A DNA stretch of 64,000 bases, filler included, from Sphacelaria rigidula (taxonomy: Eukaryota): the NCBI GenBank assembly GCA_964200075.2. It is 7 parts of 7 records of this genome, joined end to end, with 100 filler letters (N's around TTAATTAATTAA, not from the genome) between each part and the next. Parts side by side here need not be neighbours in the genome. Positions count along the whole stretch, not along the records: positions 1 to 9,067 come from CAXNAA020009383.1; positions 9,168 to 18,234 come from CAXNAA020009384.1; 5 more parts are not named here. The stretch is one strand, 5' to 3'. Positions 1-12,461 of the stretch are shown piece by piece. Every line of letters begins with the position of its first letter. Within the stretch, counting starts at the first letter, position 1. The translations under genes and the position numbers were made by a program. The notes beneath the pieces were generated by a model that was given only the letters and a program-made list of their open reading frames with translations, was not told where the DNA came from and did no database searches.

Positions 1-180
1 GGTGTGTTCGGCGAGTCGTATGAAGGGTGAGCTGCATCCCGCTAAGATCGTTCGGCCCGAAGCGTACGGGTTATCTTGCATTCGGATGACAGCCCACAAT
101 GAGTTGCTTTATTTCCTGGTATCGCCACTTCCAGAAACAGCCACGGCTTATATACTGCCTCATGGGTGTCTCACCAGTGA
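1..180 (+). repeat. 3' part of the ~310 bp G-tract-associated interspersed repeat
   Basis: ATGAAGGGTGAGCTGCATCC...TCATGGGTGTCTCACCA matches the reverse complement of 57329-57505 and is followed by a G-rich tract. Confidence 0.85.
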
Positions 181-444
181 GGGGGAGGCAAAGGCGGGAG
201 GGAAGGGACTCAGCAAATAAGCTATGATCACACGCTCATGATGTCTGTTTAATCAATTGATTGATTGATTGTCGCACGTTAACTGATCTTCGAGGGTCCT
301 ACCCAGACTTGGTCATTATCCACAAGGAAGACGTACTCAAGACTCTAGACGAGCAAAAATCAAGTTGCAGAAGAGCATAAGCCCCGCGGTCACCGATTTG
401 ATCAGACCCCACGACGATTGTAATCAAAACCCTTAGAGTGATGC

Positions 445-720
445 CGTGACAGCCCCCCCCCCCCCCCCCCCTCCTCCCGTCCCTTCCCCCATGAAAACAA
501 CAGCGCCAAAACTGTAACGAAGGAAATGCCCATACGGCGCATGGTAGCTGGGTTCAAAGTTCATGAAGCCCCTCACATTGGCGACACTGGCGAAAAACTA
601 TCCCAAGCATGGGAAAGTTCCCAGCTGGCCGGTGCGCTCGTTTTCGTCATTCTGGGTTATATAAAGATCTTGCCTCCTCAAGCCAGCCAATTTTTCATGG
701 GGAGGGGATTATCGCGGCAT
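445..720 (+). mobile_element. Degenerate copy of the MITE family at 3782-4066 and 54125-54555
   Basis: Poly-C followed by the shared core CATGAAGC(G/C)CCTCA...TGGCGA...TTCCCAGCT; TIRs eroded. Confidence 0.65.
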
Positions 721-2530
721 CACTCCTTAGTTAAGAGTGATCAAATGGCTGCCGTGTTCACTCAGGGTTATTGTACGGTCTTCTACTTACGGGTGCCGCT
801 ACTTTGCGCGTCGTGAACGCGCCGTTACGTCCACCGGGGAGTTCACTAGACCTGCGCTGTACATCTCAACAGCTTCGCCCCTCGCCCTTCGGTCGAGGAC
901 GGCGCACAATCTGGTACTAACGGCGGTGTTTATTAGATAAGAAAATAAGCAACGTCCAGACGTGCGCCCGAGAAGAGATGCTGGCTACATTTTCCCTCGA
1001 AAATATTCAGGCCCCCGAGCCCCCGTGAAGGCGCAGAAGAGCCGACGGGATTTCGATACTGCAGTGGCCGTAACCCCGTGTCAGGCTCCTCACGTGAGTG
1101 AGTCGGACCAAACTCCGGCCTTTTCAAATCCTGGAACCATCCGTGGGTCGTTGCTGTTTTTGCCACGTATAGACGACAACACGACGCCCTACACTGGCCT
1201 CCTTGTAGAGAATACAGGAGCTTTCAAATCCGGACAAGCTATTTTACGCTGGCCTCATGCATCCATCCCTGTGATCAGAGGGTCCGCCTTTTGGCTCTTG
1301 TGGCCGCAACCTGGGTGCCCGTTTCATCGATATAGCGTATAATGTAATAAGCACAGCTGAAAGCATCCATGTACAGGATGGTGCACGCGCCGACGCGCCG
1401 ACAACATCGTGACGCAAAGTGTTCCTCGCGATGAATGTCTTTCCTATGCTTCTTATCAAAATACTGCAAGGAAAAAGGGGGGCCGAAAATAGTAGCAGCC
1501 ATCACTTGCTTTTGCTCAGAAACGTTTACAATTACAACAAAAAACAAATGACACGGGAAGATGTGCAATCTATTTCGTTTTGTTCCATTTTGTGTATTCG
1601 TCTATGATATATATTTTTTAAATCTTGAGCGTGCGTCCTTGCGAACGCGACCCTCGAATTCGAACAGCAAGCGGATGAGCTGTTTGTAAAAAAAACAAAA
1701 AAGGAGGCTCTTTGAAACATACCCTACTGGTTAGTTATATCGTTTGACCGTTCTTTTGGCTCTCTACCTTCGGAAGCACAAATACTCCACAGCCGACCCG
1801 CGCACTGCCGCACACAACTCAAGACAGTCTTCGAGATGCACACTCGAAGCTTTTGGTGCGAGGCTCCGTATGGATCCTCCAAACCAACGACTCGAAGTTG
1901 GGGCTTCAGCCACTCACTATGTCATGCTTGCCACGCACACAATCACTAACATCCTTCATCAGCGTCCAGGTCTTCTGGAAATCGCCCCATCTGGGGAGCT
2001 ACCTCTCTACTGTGGATCCGTCCACGTCCCAAACAAAAAAAACTATACCGCAAAACTACCGCCACGTATCTGCTATTTGCAAGGCTGAAAAAATCTCGAC
2101 ACACGCTCAACCGCCGACGAGAGCGTCGCGGGACATGAGAGCTCTGCTAACACAAACCATTCATCTCAATGTGAAACAAAACGTTCACATGTCGGATGAC
2201 CCAACCCACCTGAACTCGAGCTACCTCATTTCTGCTATAACTCAGTGGTATCTATGTTGCCTTTCAGTGGCTGAGTTTATGTGGTATACCTCAGCCGTAC
2301 CGTTTCCCACTCGCTAAGACGTACAGTATTAACTCAGCCGTACAATACTCATTTCCACTAGATGGGTTACATCGAATAATAGCAACGGCTCGCGAGAAAC
2401 CCAGGGTGGAGATGACGGAGATAATGGCCCGCTTGGCACCCGACTAGCGATGAATGGGAGGAACTGGGCTAACACGTAAACTGATGTACCCCCCCCGTCC
2501 TTTCTCATCGACTCTTGGTTTTGTCCTTAG

Positions 2531-2990
2531 CCCCACTTTTATGGCAACGAATCTCGATTTGTACAAATATGATGATTTCGGCCCGTCTACAGGCGATTTT
2601 TTCCCGTGGATTGATTTTTCGGACCCCAGTCCGTTGGGCAATGTTTTTCGGCTACCTTCAACCAAACCAGATCAATTCTCCGATACTCGGGACGTTGACT
2701 TTTGGTTTACCATCTTTCTGCCCAAATCAGGACACCCCCACATCTCCCCCGATTAAAAAAAAGCAAAATCGAGGGAGATGCGGGGGTGTCCCGACTTCAG
2801 CAGAAAGGTGATGTATCGAAAGTCAACGCCCAGAAAATCGGAGAATCGATCTGGTTTGCTCACAGCTAGCCGAAAAGCATTCTCCAAAGGAATGGGGTCC
2901 GAAAAATCAACCCACGGGAGCAAATCGCCTGCAGACGGGCTGAGATCCTCATATTTGTATCAATCGAGATTCGTTGCCATAAAAGCGGGT
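2531..2990. mobile_element. Fold-back (almost fully palindromic) element, MITE-like
   Basis: ~225 bp inverted arms (CTTTTATGGCAACGAATCTCGATT... / ...AATCGAGATTCGTTGCCATAAAAG), roughly 80-90% identical, with a short A-rich loop near 2755-2768; CTTAG on both flanks may be a TSD. Confidence 0.8.
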
Positions 2991-3781
2991 CTTAGTCGGT
3001 GGTCTTGCGGTGTGTCCCTGGTTCGTGTGTGTCGTACCTGCTCTAGTGTACCGTGTCCTTGGGCTTCATCACTTGTGTAGTCTTCTTCCTTTTTTTCTTG
3101 TCTGCTTTTTTTTTCTCTGCGCACATCTCTCTCTCTCTTCATTTCCCTCTGCTCCTTTCTCCCGGTGTGTGCAAGTTCGAGTTCGGTGTCTCGCTTCCGT
3201 AGGGGTTCATTGGTGAGAGAGCTCATGCCCAAAAATGGATGAGCCGCAATCTGTGCCCAACGCCCCTTTGTTTCATTCTCGATTGGGGACGACTGCGTGT
3301 GCTTTTGCGCAAGACCTTTTTTCCACCTGAAGCCAGATTTGCAGAGAGGCCGGCCACATCTAGTCCATTTTCTCTTCTCTTGGTTTCGTTTCAGTTGTCT
3401 ACTTGTTTTTGTTTTTTTTCACACTCAACTCTTTGTTACCTCTTTCATTTATTCTCTCTTCTCTTCTTTTTTTTTCACTTTTCCTTCAGAGATTGTGTCT
3501 CCGCCTTGTTGATCTCAGGGCACATCTGTCCTGTGACCGCGACTCGATCTCTGGAGGATTAGTGACCGTGCGATAATCGATAAGTGATCGAACTCGACGG
3601 TATCGTTTTCCACTAGATGAGCTTTACGGTATACCTCAGCGGCACCGCCTCCCACGAGGTGAGTTGCAGGGTATATTGTAACTCAGCGGTACCCACTTCC
3701 GCGAGATGAGTTACAGCACATCACCAAGATCTCTCATGAATTCGTTCGATGTGTGGAATGGTTAGACGTCTTCGAAGGATT

Positions 3782-4066
3782 GACTCTTTCTACGATAATC
3801 CCCCCCCCTCCCCTCTCCCAAAAAAACAGCCCAAAAGTGTCACGAAAAAAATGAACACACAGCGCCTGATGTCAGGGTTCAGACCGCATGAAGCGCCTCA
3901 TACGGGCAACATTGGCGAGAACGAACCCAAGCGTAGGAATTCCCAGCTACTCGTTGTGCTCGGCTTTTTTCCAGTTCGATTTACGTGAACATCCTGCCCC
4001 TCCGAACCAGGCACTTTGTGTTTTTGTTTTGTTTTGAGGGGGGGGGGGGCTATCGTAGAAAGTATC
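3782..4066. mobile_element. MITE with TIR GAC(A/T)CTTTCTACGATA-poly-C
   Basis: CTTTCTACGATA...CCCC at left, GGGGCTATCGTAGAAAG at right; flanks GATT/GATC; homologous to 54125-54555. Confidence 0.8.
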
Positions 4067-4439
4067 GATCGCGGAAATGACGCACCACCCCTCTCTGTGG
4101 ACATCTAAACGTTCGTATCAATAGTGGAACATGACCACCGGCAACGTTGGTCGCTAGCTGGTTTCGGAGAGGACAGACGGGCGTGATATAGGTGTTCATT
4201 TCTTTTGTCGCGAGACGAGGTAGTATATATTCCACCCCCACCCCCCTCTCCTCGCGAAACCGTTTGTTGCAACGTTGTTATTCTATGCACTGAAGTGGCT
4301 TGTCGCCGGAGCACGACACGGTCTTGGCACCACCCGTCCACACAAATCATGTCCAATATTTCACTTCAACAATGAAATATCACATCCAGTTCATTGTGAC
4401 CAACAACGCTCAACAGTGTCGTTTCACGAGCATGCCCTG

Positions 4440-4700
4440 TGCTGGGTGTGTTGCCATCCCATCTATTCTGGACGCTAGTCTAGACCTTTCGGTATATGTA
4501 GGCGCATCAGCCGGGGTCACACAAGAGGAGGGTCAGGCCAACACAGGAGTTTTTTTTTTGTTCCCCCTTTTGTTTTAGTATTCCACCGTCCTTCTGCAGT
4601 GCTTGCCTTATTTTTTATCGGAAGATGGGTTCAGCAGTCCCTTTCCCTCGTCGACCGTGAGGTAAAATTTCGTATGCCCTGCTCTCCATGAAGCGTGACG
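4440..4700 (-). repeat. SINE-like repeat body, same family as 61200-61556
   Basis: Shared blocks CCTTTCGGTATAT, CAGCCGGGGTCA, CCTTCTGCAGTGCTTGCCTT, GGGTTCAGCA. Confidence 0.75.
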
Positions 4701-4802
4701 AAAAACCATAGTACGTGTTCCACAGGAGAGGATAAAAGCAAACTTCCAGGGTATCACCACACACCCACACACACACACCATTATCCAGGGGTGACAAAAT
4801 TC

Positions 4803-5008
4803 CAAGGGTAGGTCGAGTAGGGAATACTCAATTGCGGGGGATTTTTGAAAGCCGTACTTAAAGTACACAAATTGGGGGTAGAATTTCAGGAATCGCTTTC
4901 CAGGTAGTTTTTGGGTACGACTCCCAACACTCTACCCTAACTTGAGTACCCCAAGTGCGTCTTTCAAAATACCCCGCGATTGAGTATACACTACTCGACC
5001 TGCCCTTG
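4803..5008. mobile_element. MITE, hAT- or P-type, copy 1 (intronic)
   Basis: TIR CAAGGGTAGGTCGAGTAG / CTACTCGACCTGCCCTTG, long imperfect arms, perfect 8-bp TSD CAAAATTC at 4795-4802 and 5009-5016. Confidence 0.9.
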
Positions 5009-5030
5009 CAAAATTCACAACATCCGTCAC

Positions 5031-5161
5031 CTGTAACACCCCGATGCCGTCCAGTTCATACAGCGTCTCCTCTGAGCTATCCACCCATCCGCCGTCGCCA
5101 GCTGCTCCCGCTGTAAGGCGCATGGACTTGAACAAAGAGATCCACACGTCCAGTCCAGCCC
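5031..5161 (-). CDS. Next internal exon of the same gene (GAGLDVWISLFKSMRLTAGAAGDGGWVDSSEETLYELDGIGVLQ)
   Basis: TGCAG acceptor, CAG|GTGAC donor, GC-rich open frame, phase-compatible with the upstream exon. Confidence 0.6.
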
Positions 5162-5291
5162 CTGCATGACACAAAATGGAGGATAATATGGGTCAGTAAG
5201 TATTACTGATCATGACATACAACCGCAAAATTAAGAACACCTAAGTATTACACATGGTATCGAAAGAAGCTCTTTTTGGATAGAACTCCTG

Positions 5292-5498
5292 CGAGGGCAG
5301 GTCGAGAAAAAAATATACTCAGTTGCGGGGCAAATGAAACTCGTACTTCAAGTACACAAATGAGGGGGTAGGGTTTTAGGGATCGCTTTCCCCTTATTTT
5401 TTGGGTACGACTCCTAACACTCTACCCTCATTTGAGTGCCTCAAGTACGTCTTTCACAATACCCCGCAATTGAGTATACTCTACTCGACCTGCTCTTG
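5292..5498. mobile_element. MITE, hAT- or P-type, copy 2 (intronic)
   Basis: TIR CGAGGGCAGGTCGAG / CTCGACCTGCTCTTG, perfect 8-bp TSD AACTCCTG at 5284-5291 and 5499-5506. Confidence 0.9.
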
Positions 5499-5744
5499 AA
5501 CTCCTGCACACAGTCGCTCGAGGCCGGGCAGCATGTCATTGGAATTCAGACGTACCGACCGCATGCGCTTTACTGGACTTTCTCAAGTTTTCATCGCGCT
5601 ACGCCGGTCTGCCTTATTTCAAGGCGCGGGTGCGCGCACACGTATACGTCTCTGCACCGCGTTTCTCCCCATTTTTTGTTGATCGGTGCATGTTGCGCTT
5701 GTCCTTTACGTAGCGCATCCGACTTGTTTTTGTTGTCTGCCCAC

Positions 5745-5888
5745 CTTCGACTCTATCCCTGAAGCCGAACGGGTCATACGGATACGAGGCCAGCCACCAA
5801 GGCAGTACCGGGCAGATTCTCGTGTTGTACACCTGCTTGCAAAACCAAAAACCCCAGGGTAGGTGTTCACGCAGGGACGACACGAGCA
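5745..5888 (-). CDS. Internal exon of a gene of unknown function (LVSSLREHLPWGFWFCKQVYNTRICPVLPWWLASYPYDPFGFRDRVE)
   Basis: CCCCAG acceptor, GTGGGC donor, open frame; its phase-1 end joins the 5031-5161 exon in frame. Confidence 0.6.
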
Positions 5889-7219
5889 CTGGGGCAAATA
5901 TTTGGGTCGAGTAAAGTATACTGGCATCAATCAGTACATGTCGCACGGCAGAATTACTTACATTAAAATCATTCATTTATTTTTCGGTTTTGAATCCACA
6001 GTTTTACAAACTTCACAGTGTGCAGCTTCATTAATGGCAATGATGGATCCTGCCATCGGAGTGCACGGTGGTGCCATGGTAGCCGAGCTATTTCGCGGTC
6101 CTTTCATAAATTGACTGATTAATTGATTAATTGATTGATTGATTGAGTGGGTGAGTGAGTGAGAAAGTGAGTGAGTGATTGTCGCAAAATAACTCATCCA
6201 CGAGAGATCCTGCGGTGGTCATTATCCATAGTATATACATACCCAAGGTACACAACACGAAACACTCGCCGGAAAAATCACCAGAAAGCGGGAATATACG
6301 AGAAACGATAGAACGAGCAGAGTATACTGAACAGAAACGAGGCACAATATATATACATATATATATGTAATCCCGATATGCGACCCGGTCCCCGCAGCAT
6401 GGCTTCACGTAAATACTGGCCGTACAAAAAACGAGAGAGACACACACACACACGAATAAGAAAAAGAGTACTGTACACCACAAGGGTTGCCATGGGAGTA
6501 CCTAGTGGTAGCATAATGCTCGCTTGAAAGGCAGCGCGGGACACTCACTCATGGCAGGATCATGAACGTTTCGTGCCGCGATAGTCCCGTGAAATGTTTT
6601 TGAAACTATCATGGTGCTCTCATGCTACGGTTTCCATGAGCTGTGTTCTCCCACGATGATGCCATGCGAGTCCCGTGACAGTACATCCCTAATGCTGCCG
6701 CAGTGCAAGGCTGCCATGATGAGGGGCATGCCACTCTAGTGATACTTAACACGACGTTGGCGCATAGCCTACATGTTTTCCCTACCAGTACACACACCCT
6801 TGACGTGCGTTCCTACCAATGCACATGGTCTGAATATAAACCCCCGCCTATGCCCACTACCTGAGAGCCTACGGGCGTGGTGCTAAGGGACTTGGCCACC
6901 CGCAGGATTCGGGTTCCGGTTGAGGTTATGGTGGGACTTGAGGGTAGTTCCGTTCTGCATGGAACCACTGACAAAACATTAACGCACATGAACACACGAC
7001 GGTTGCCGCTTTGCGTTCATCAGTGGACAACGACTATGGTGATACCGCGCGGAGGAGCGCAAACAAGGATCTACGGTACGCCGGATGCACGACAGGTATG
7101 GATCTCTGGTTGAACCTCCACGCTATCGGGTGCGACGGTACCTCCCCTGAAGTTCCTCGGGAGTTTCCAGGTGCTGATACGGTAATATCACCATTTACCA
7201 TGACGGTGAATTACAGTCG

Positions 7220-7520
7220 CGACCAAAAACGTCAGGTCTCCTGTACAGATATCGCCCACAAAAAAATGGATCATCCCGGGTGAAGCGAGGTTGGCGATCT
7301 CCCCGCCATTATTTCTCTCATTTCCTGTCCACGCACAGTTGTTGGTGGTAAAGACTTTGTCCACAGGAGAACTCGGTATAGACCTCGTTGATACCGTCGA
7401 TGCCCAGAAGGCCACACGACAACGCTAGGAGGAGGGCATATTGGATGCGCGTGGTAGCCATGGATCCCGCTGCTTGTGCGCCGGTGTGTATCCTCTAGAG
7501 CTGAAAAGACACGCATGGAA
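7220..7520 (+). mobile_element. Possible highly decayed LTR-retrotransposon integrase zinc-binding fragment
   Basis: Frame-shifted peptides GLLYR, WIIPGEARLAI and RRAYWMRVVAMDPAACAPVC loosely resemble the Gypsy pre-integrase/H2C2 region. Confidence 0.25.
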
Positions 7521-7828
7521 CATCAGACGCTACCTTTGGGCTCAACGTCATTGCCTTGAAAAGGATACCTGACGCGGCCAAGGATGCTGAGATTGGTACA
7601 CTCTGTATACACCCTCTTCTTGGGATGCTTGTATCGCAGGCTGTCGTTTGCGTAGAGAAACGAAAAAAAAACAAAAAAAACAGGTAATTTCCAAATTCAC
7701 CACTTCCAAACAGTCTGTCTGTCAATCACCAGCGTTGAAAGGAATAGCAAAACTTGTGTGTTCGTGTTCGTGTTCGTGTTCGTCTTTGTTTTTGTTTTTT
7801 TGCTTTTGCTTCTTCTTTATACTCTTAA

Positions 7829-7905
7829 GCCGAGCGCCCCGGTGGCTCCGTTAGAAACCTCGGAACTTTCTGACGGTTAGGACGTGGGTTAGAATTTCGG
7901 TAGGA
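7829..7905 (+). repeat. tRNA-derived SINE head (degenerate Pol III A and B boxes)
   Basis: GCCCCGGTGGCTCCGTTAG...TCTGACGGTTAGGACGTGGGTTAGAATTTCGG is homologous to the head at 61480-61556 (-). Confidence 0.65.
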
Positions 7906-9029
7906 GGAACTCCGTACCTGCCACATCCAGAGCATATACGCAAGCTCCGCGTGATGTTCGGCCGGAAGGCGCCACGAGTGGCCACTAGTGATGACCTGAG
8001 AAAAAGATGGCCGCATAACACAAAGGCATGTGGGCACGAAAAACAGTAGTCAAACCCAGCCTATACGCCAACAAAAATGAGCCAACGTCGCTCACGGCGA
8101 TCAATACACACAGCGTTGTCGTATGTCCGCACACGCACGCATGTACACATGGGCTGTTATTTTTCTGCAGACAGCGCTCGCGAACCACGGGTGCCACTCC
8201 GACGTTGGCAGCCCGCCGCCGCCGCTCCGCAGAAGCTCCGGCTTGTGTTAAGAGCTGCCGTGTATCTCGGCCGTGACCTTCCCACAGGTTCACAGACGGG
8301 TGCTTGACGGAATGGTTAATATTTGTAGATAATTTCAGAAGCTCAAGGGGGTGATTCCACGACAAACACGGGAGTAGCACACCCAGTGTTACGTGTTACC
8401 ATGGCGATCCCCGACGATATCAGCCTCACGAACGATCACATCGCGCCGAGCACGATGTCGATTGTCTATCTCATCTTCTGGTGCCAACAAAGGTTAAAAG
8501 AGGCGGGCCATGTTTTTTCCAACACATACTACGTAGTTGGCAGTGCCAGACATGTACTTCGGAGCGCCATTTTTGCATGCTCTTGGTCGTATCGTTTATT
8601 TTTTCCCTCGCATTCTGTCTTTTTTTGTTTCATGGCTGTGTGAACACGGGCGTCATTGTACATTTCTGGAGGAGGGCTAACGTTAAAAACAGCAGCAGCA
8701 ACAACAACAACAACAGCGGCGGCGACGACAGCGAGAACACCGTCGAGCCCGGTCTACGGAAGACGAAAACGCCACCGACCGTGCACACCAACTCGCAACG
8801 TGCAAAAACGGGTTTCTCGATGTGATCACCTTGGCCCAGCGGCGAATGTTTCTATCCCGCCATGTGGTGTCGCTGAGCTTGTGGTTTTCTCCCCCTGCCG
8901 CGCGGGTTGCCGCCCAAGCACCCCCATCTCCAACACTCGTCGTGCCATATCTTCCTGCTCCCGCCACCCTGATCTCGTTGAGGTCACATGGAGTGCGATG
9001 AGCACGGGGGGAGAAGGGGAAGGGGGGGG

Positions 9030-9067
9030 GTGTACTCATGATCATGCACGCCATAGCCATCAGACCA
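9030..9067 (+). repeat. 5' end of the G-tract-associated repeat, cut by the contig end
   Basis: GTGTACTCATGATCATGCAC...CAGACCA after a G-rich tract. Confidence 0.8.
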
Positions 9068-9167
9068 NNNNNNNNNNNNNNNNNNNNNNNNNNNNNNNNN
9101 NNNNNNNNNNNTTAATTAATTAANNNNNNNNNNNNNNNNNNNNNNNNNNNNNNNNNNNNNNNNNNNN
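9068..9167. other. Artificial contig linker (N44-TTAATTAATTAA-N44)
   Basis: 100-nt N run with a central six-frame-stop 12-mer, recurring every ~9.17 kb. Confidence 0.97.
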
Positions 9168-10982
9168 CCCACCTCGCAGGCCCCGCAAGCACCCAAACAA
9201 ATCAGCGATCGCGGGTGGTGGGGGGGTGGCGGAGGAGTTGAGGGTGTTATCGTAAAAAGACTCGGATTTTTATTCGTGCACCCATACCGTAGCATGCCTA
9301 CTTTCTCGTGAAAAATAACATATGTTGTTGCTTCTACCGGGAACCGAACCCGCACTCTTCCTCACCCAACATTACTTGGACCAGTTAGTCATGCCACAGG
9401 GACGTGGCGGTAACATGCAAGCATGCGTTCTACACATGTGCATGCGATATCGTCTGGATGGCAAAGATAGACGCGTGCAAGGCATGATCGCCAACCACAG
9501 ATGCGAAGAAGTCGCTACACAAGTTATTTTTCAAACCTTCTCGTTTCCTTTCGTAGTAGCCTAGGTCGCATGGCACAAATGACACATAATAAGAGACCAA
9601 ACACACGCTACAATACGAGCACATACACATAAACATACACATACCACATCACACAAGTGCAGCTGATGGCCAATCGGGCCATGTCAGCAGCTCATACGAA
9701 GACCATTACCATTACCATCACCATCATGCATATACTCAAGGATTACGGAGGGGACGAGACAGCACCAACTCTGATGCTCCACAACTTTTCTGTATTAACT
9801 CGCTACTCGGGGATTGACATGGAATGGCATCGTGCTTCTCCGAAAGGAAAAATAGGACCTAAATGCTCAGAGTAATATGCCGCATACCCGCGCAAGAGAG
9901 TTCGAATCCGCTCAAAAGCGGTGGCATATCCGAAGCTAAACGCACCTGGCACAACAAAGCCTCCCCACCACGGCCAAATGCAGTGGAGTACCGTAGTATG
10001 ACACAACAATCTGCGCGACAGGAACATCGACTTTTCTTAGAGTCCATAACCCTCTCCCCGCCCCCTCCCCCCACACCGCAAACTCGAAAAACTGTAAACT
10101 GTGAGCTGTGTCATACCGACATGCGGAGAGTGCCTCAGCTCTTCCGCCTCGTGAGTGTAATATACACACGGGAACCTCGCCCAACATTTACGGTACAAAT
10201 TATACCAAAGCTGGGCCGTAATGCTCCAAATAGCGTTCTGGAATACATGTAGGGGTGTTTCACTTCTGGACATCACAATAAAAATCGCTCAAAAAACCAA
10301 GCGCTTCGTAGTAACACTATAAAATGTCGCCTTCTAAGCCAGGTCACAAGCACCTCACGCCACCGTGTCTATGCTCTCCTTCTTCTTGTGACTTGACTTT
10401 AAAAAACAAACAGACTAAAAGCAACATATATCTTTGGAGAGGCTCGTCACGTGCACACTCAAACCTCACAAAACCCTGCGCATGGAATTCAACCCCGAGA
10501 CGTCCTCACACGCATTGAATTAAACTGTTTTCGCTATACACGGGTGAAACCGACCCTTGCAAATGTGGTGCCCCCACACAGACAATAAACGAAACGCCTT
10601 CAAGTGCCGCAGAACCTCATCAATGTTCGTGAGCTACCACTGTGCACACTAGAAAGATCTACACTCATAAAATGATTCAATAAAACTCAATGAGTATGAC
10701 ATAATAACTCTGGGCGGACGGTTTTCTCACGATACCGAACCAACAAATAGCACCCGTAAAAGCCGCGCCATCGCACCACCCAGTACCATCGTCAGAAAAG
10801 GGAAACAGTACAGATCGACTCCAGGCGTGAAACAAACTAGCGAAACAGAAGAAAAAAAACGTCTCGAGACCCCCTGCCTCGACCAAACACTCGACGTCGT
10901 CGCCTCTATGGGTCATGACCCACTCCACGCAAAGTAACGCATTCGAATCCCCTCGCGCCTACAGTACACTCCATACCTTTCC

Positions 10983-11226
10983 TTATTGCCGTGTGCGGTA
11001 TGTATACTCGAAATCCATTGTAGCGTCTTCGATCTATTTAAAACCTACACGTCCCATAGCCTCCCCGATTCATGCATCCGGTATTACTGCACCTCGCCCC
11101 CTTTATTTTATTGCCGTGTGCGGTTTGTATACTCGAAATCCATTGTAGCGTCTTCGATCTATTTAAAACCTACACGTCGCGTAGCCTCCCCGATTCATGC
11201 ATGCGGCATTACTGCACCCCGCCCCC
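10983..11226. repeat. Tandem duplication, two units of ~125 bp
   Basis: TTATTGCCGTGTGCGGT...ATTACTGCACC occurs at ~10983 and ~11108 with few differences. Confidence 0.9.
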
Positions 11227-12256
11227 CATATTCTCTCTCAACTCACGCCATATTTCGCCAAGAACCACAACAAACCAATATCGCATACATTTTTAGCATC
11301 ACAGCGACAGTCCCGAAACAATTGCTTGCTGAACTCACTGAGTAAAATTAAAATGTATGTATCCCCTTCTCCCTGCCCCACACTAACCTGTGCTGACAAA
11401 TCCGTTTGCAACACAAACCACATTACCTTAGCCTATGGTACGTTGTAAGTGCACCCCAAAGATTTCTCTCTCGCTATACCAGAGATTCCTACACCACTCA
11501 GACCCACCAGTGTCGAACGACGACACACATGTGTTGACCTTGTGACGAGGCTCGCGCCCATGTACACCCCATACTCCTACAAGTCCGCTTCGACGATGTC
11601 CCTCCTACGTCTCATCGCCGCCCTCGTACAATCTTGCGAAAACACAAAACGACTGCCTTCGACACCAACCATCTTGCACCTTGCCGTGTTCAATCTCAGG
11701 AGCAACCGCAAGACGAACGCGGATGATAGTATGCCCGACTTGCAAAAAAAGAAATCTCCGGCTACGAAGTAATTTGTCCAAAAATGTTCGGACAGTTTCG
11801 AGCTACACCGGATGCAAACAAAATGATACCATCCCGGCCCCCTCCCCCCGTCCCTCCCCCGCCGCGGCATGGTCAAAGTTTGTCTTCATATGATTGGCGC
11901 GATACCAAGTTTCAACTATAATACTGAGTGACGGCTCAGCAAAGCAGATAAATGGAAAGCCTGCCCAACGTCGAAAGCTGGTTTCAACCCGCCAGCCTGC
12001 CAAATTCTTGCATGAAAATACCACATATACCCGAAATTTAGGCAGATTCGTTTTTTACCGTGATTTTGTCCTCCTTCTCTTCCTCCTCTTCTGGCCCAGC
12101 ATTAGCCACGGGCGTGGGCATGGCTACCTGTACATCCTCCGTCTTGGGTGGAGGCACTGCCGCACGAGCAGAAGGAGCACAGCGCGATTGGGACAAATCG
12201 AGACGATCGAACGCACAAAAAAATGAGGAAATTGATTGATTTACTACATTGTTGAC

Positions 12257-12461
12257 TTTCGGAAAACGTTTTTGTGTCATTTCAGAGTGAAAATATCTCA
12301 GGATCAGAGCGTAACGAAAAAAAATTCCACCTCCGTCAAATGTGGTATCCCATATACTTATTTTTCGATCAAGTATTTTTCTTTAATAAATTATTTTGCA
12401 CTCTGATCCTGAGATGTTTACACTCTGAAATGACAAAAAAGCGTTTTTCCGAAACTCCCTG
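12257..12461. mobile_element. MITE-like element with ~55 bp inverted arms
   Basis: TTTCGGAAAACG...GTCATTTCAGAGTG...TCTCAGGATCAGAG versus CTCTGATCCTGAGA...CACTCTGAAATGAC...TTTTCCGAAA; right end CCCTG is hAT-like; TSD not resolved. Confidence 0.7.

Noticed and set aside
2444..3080. Similar ORFs on opposite strands (FMATNLD and SRFVAIK peptides)
   Set aside because: By-product of the DNA palindrome, with no coding evidence; the same applies to 36778-37225
9112..9123. TTAATTAATTAA palindrome recurring every ~9.17 kb
   Set aside because: Synthetic six-frame-stop linker inside N runs, not biological
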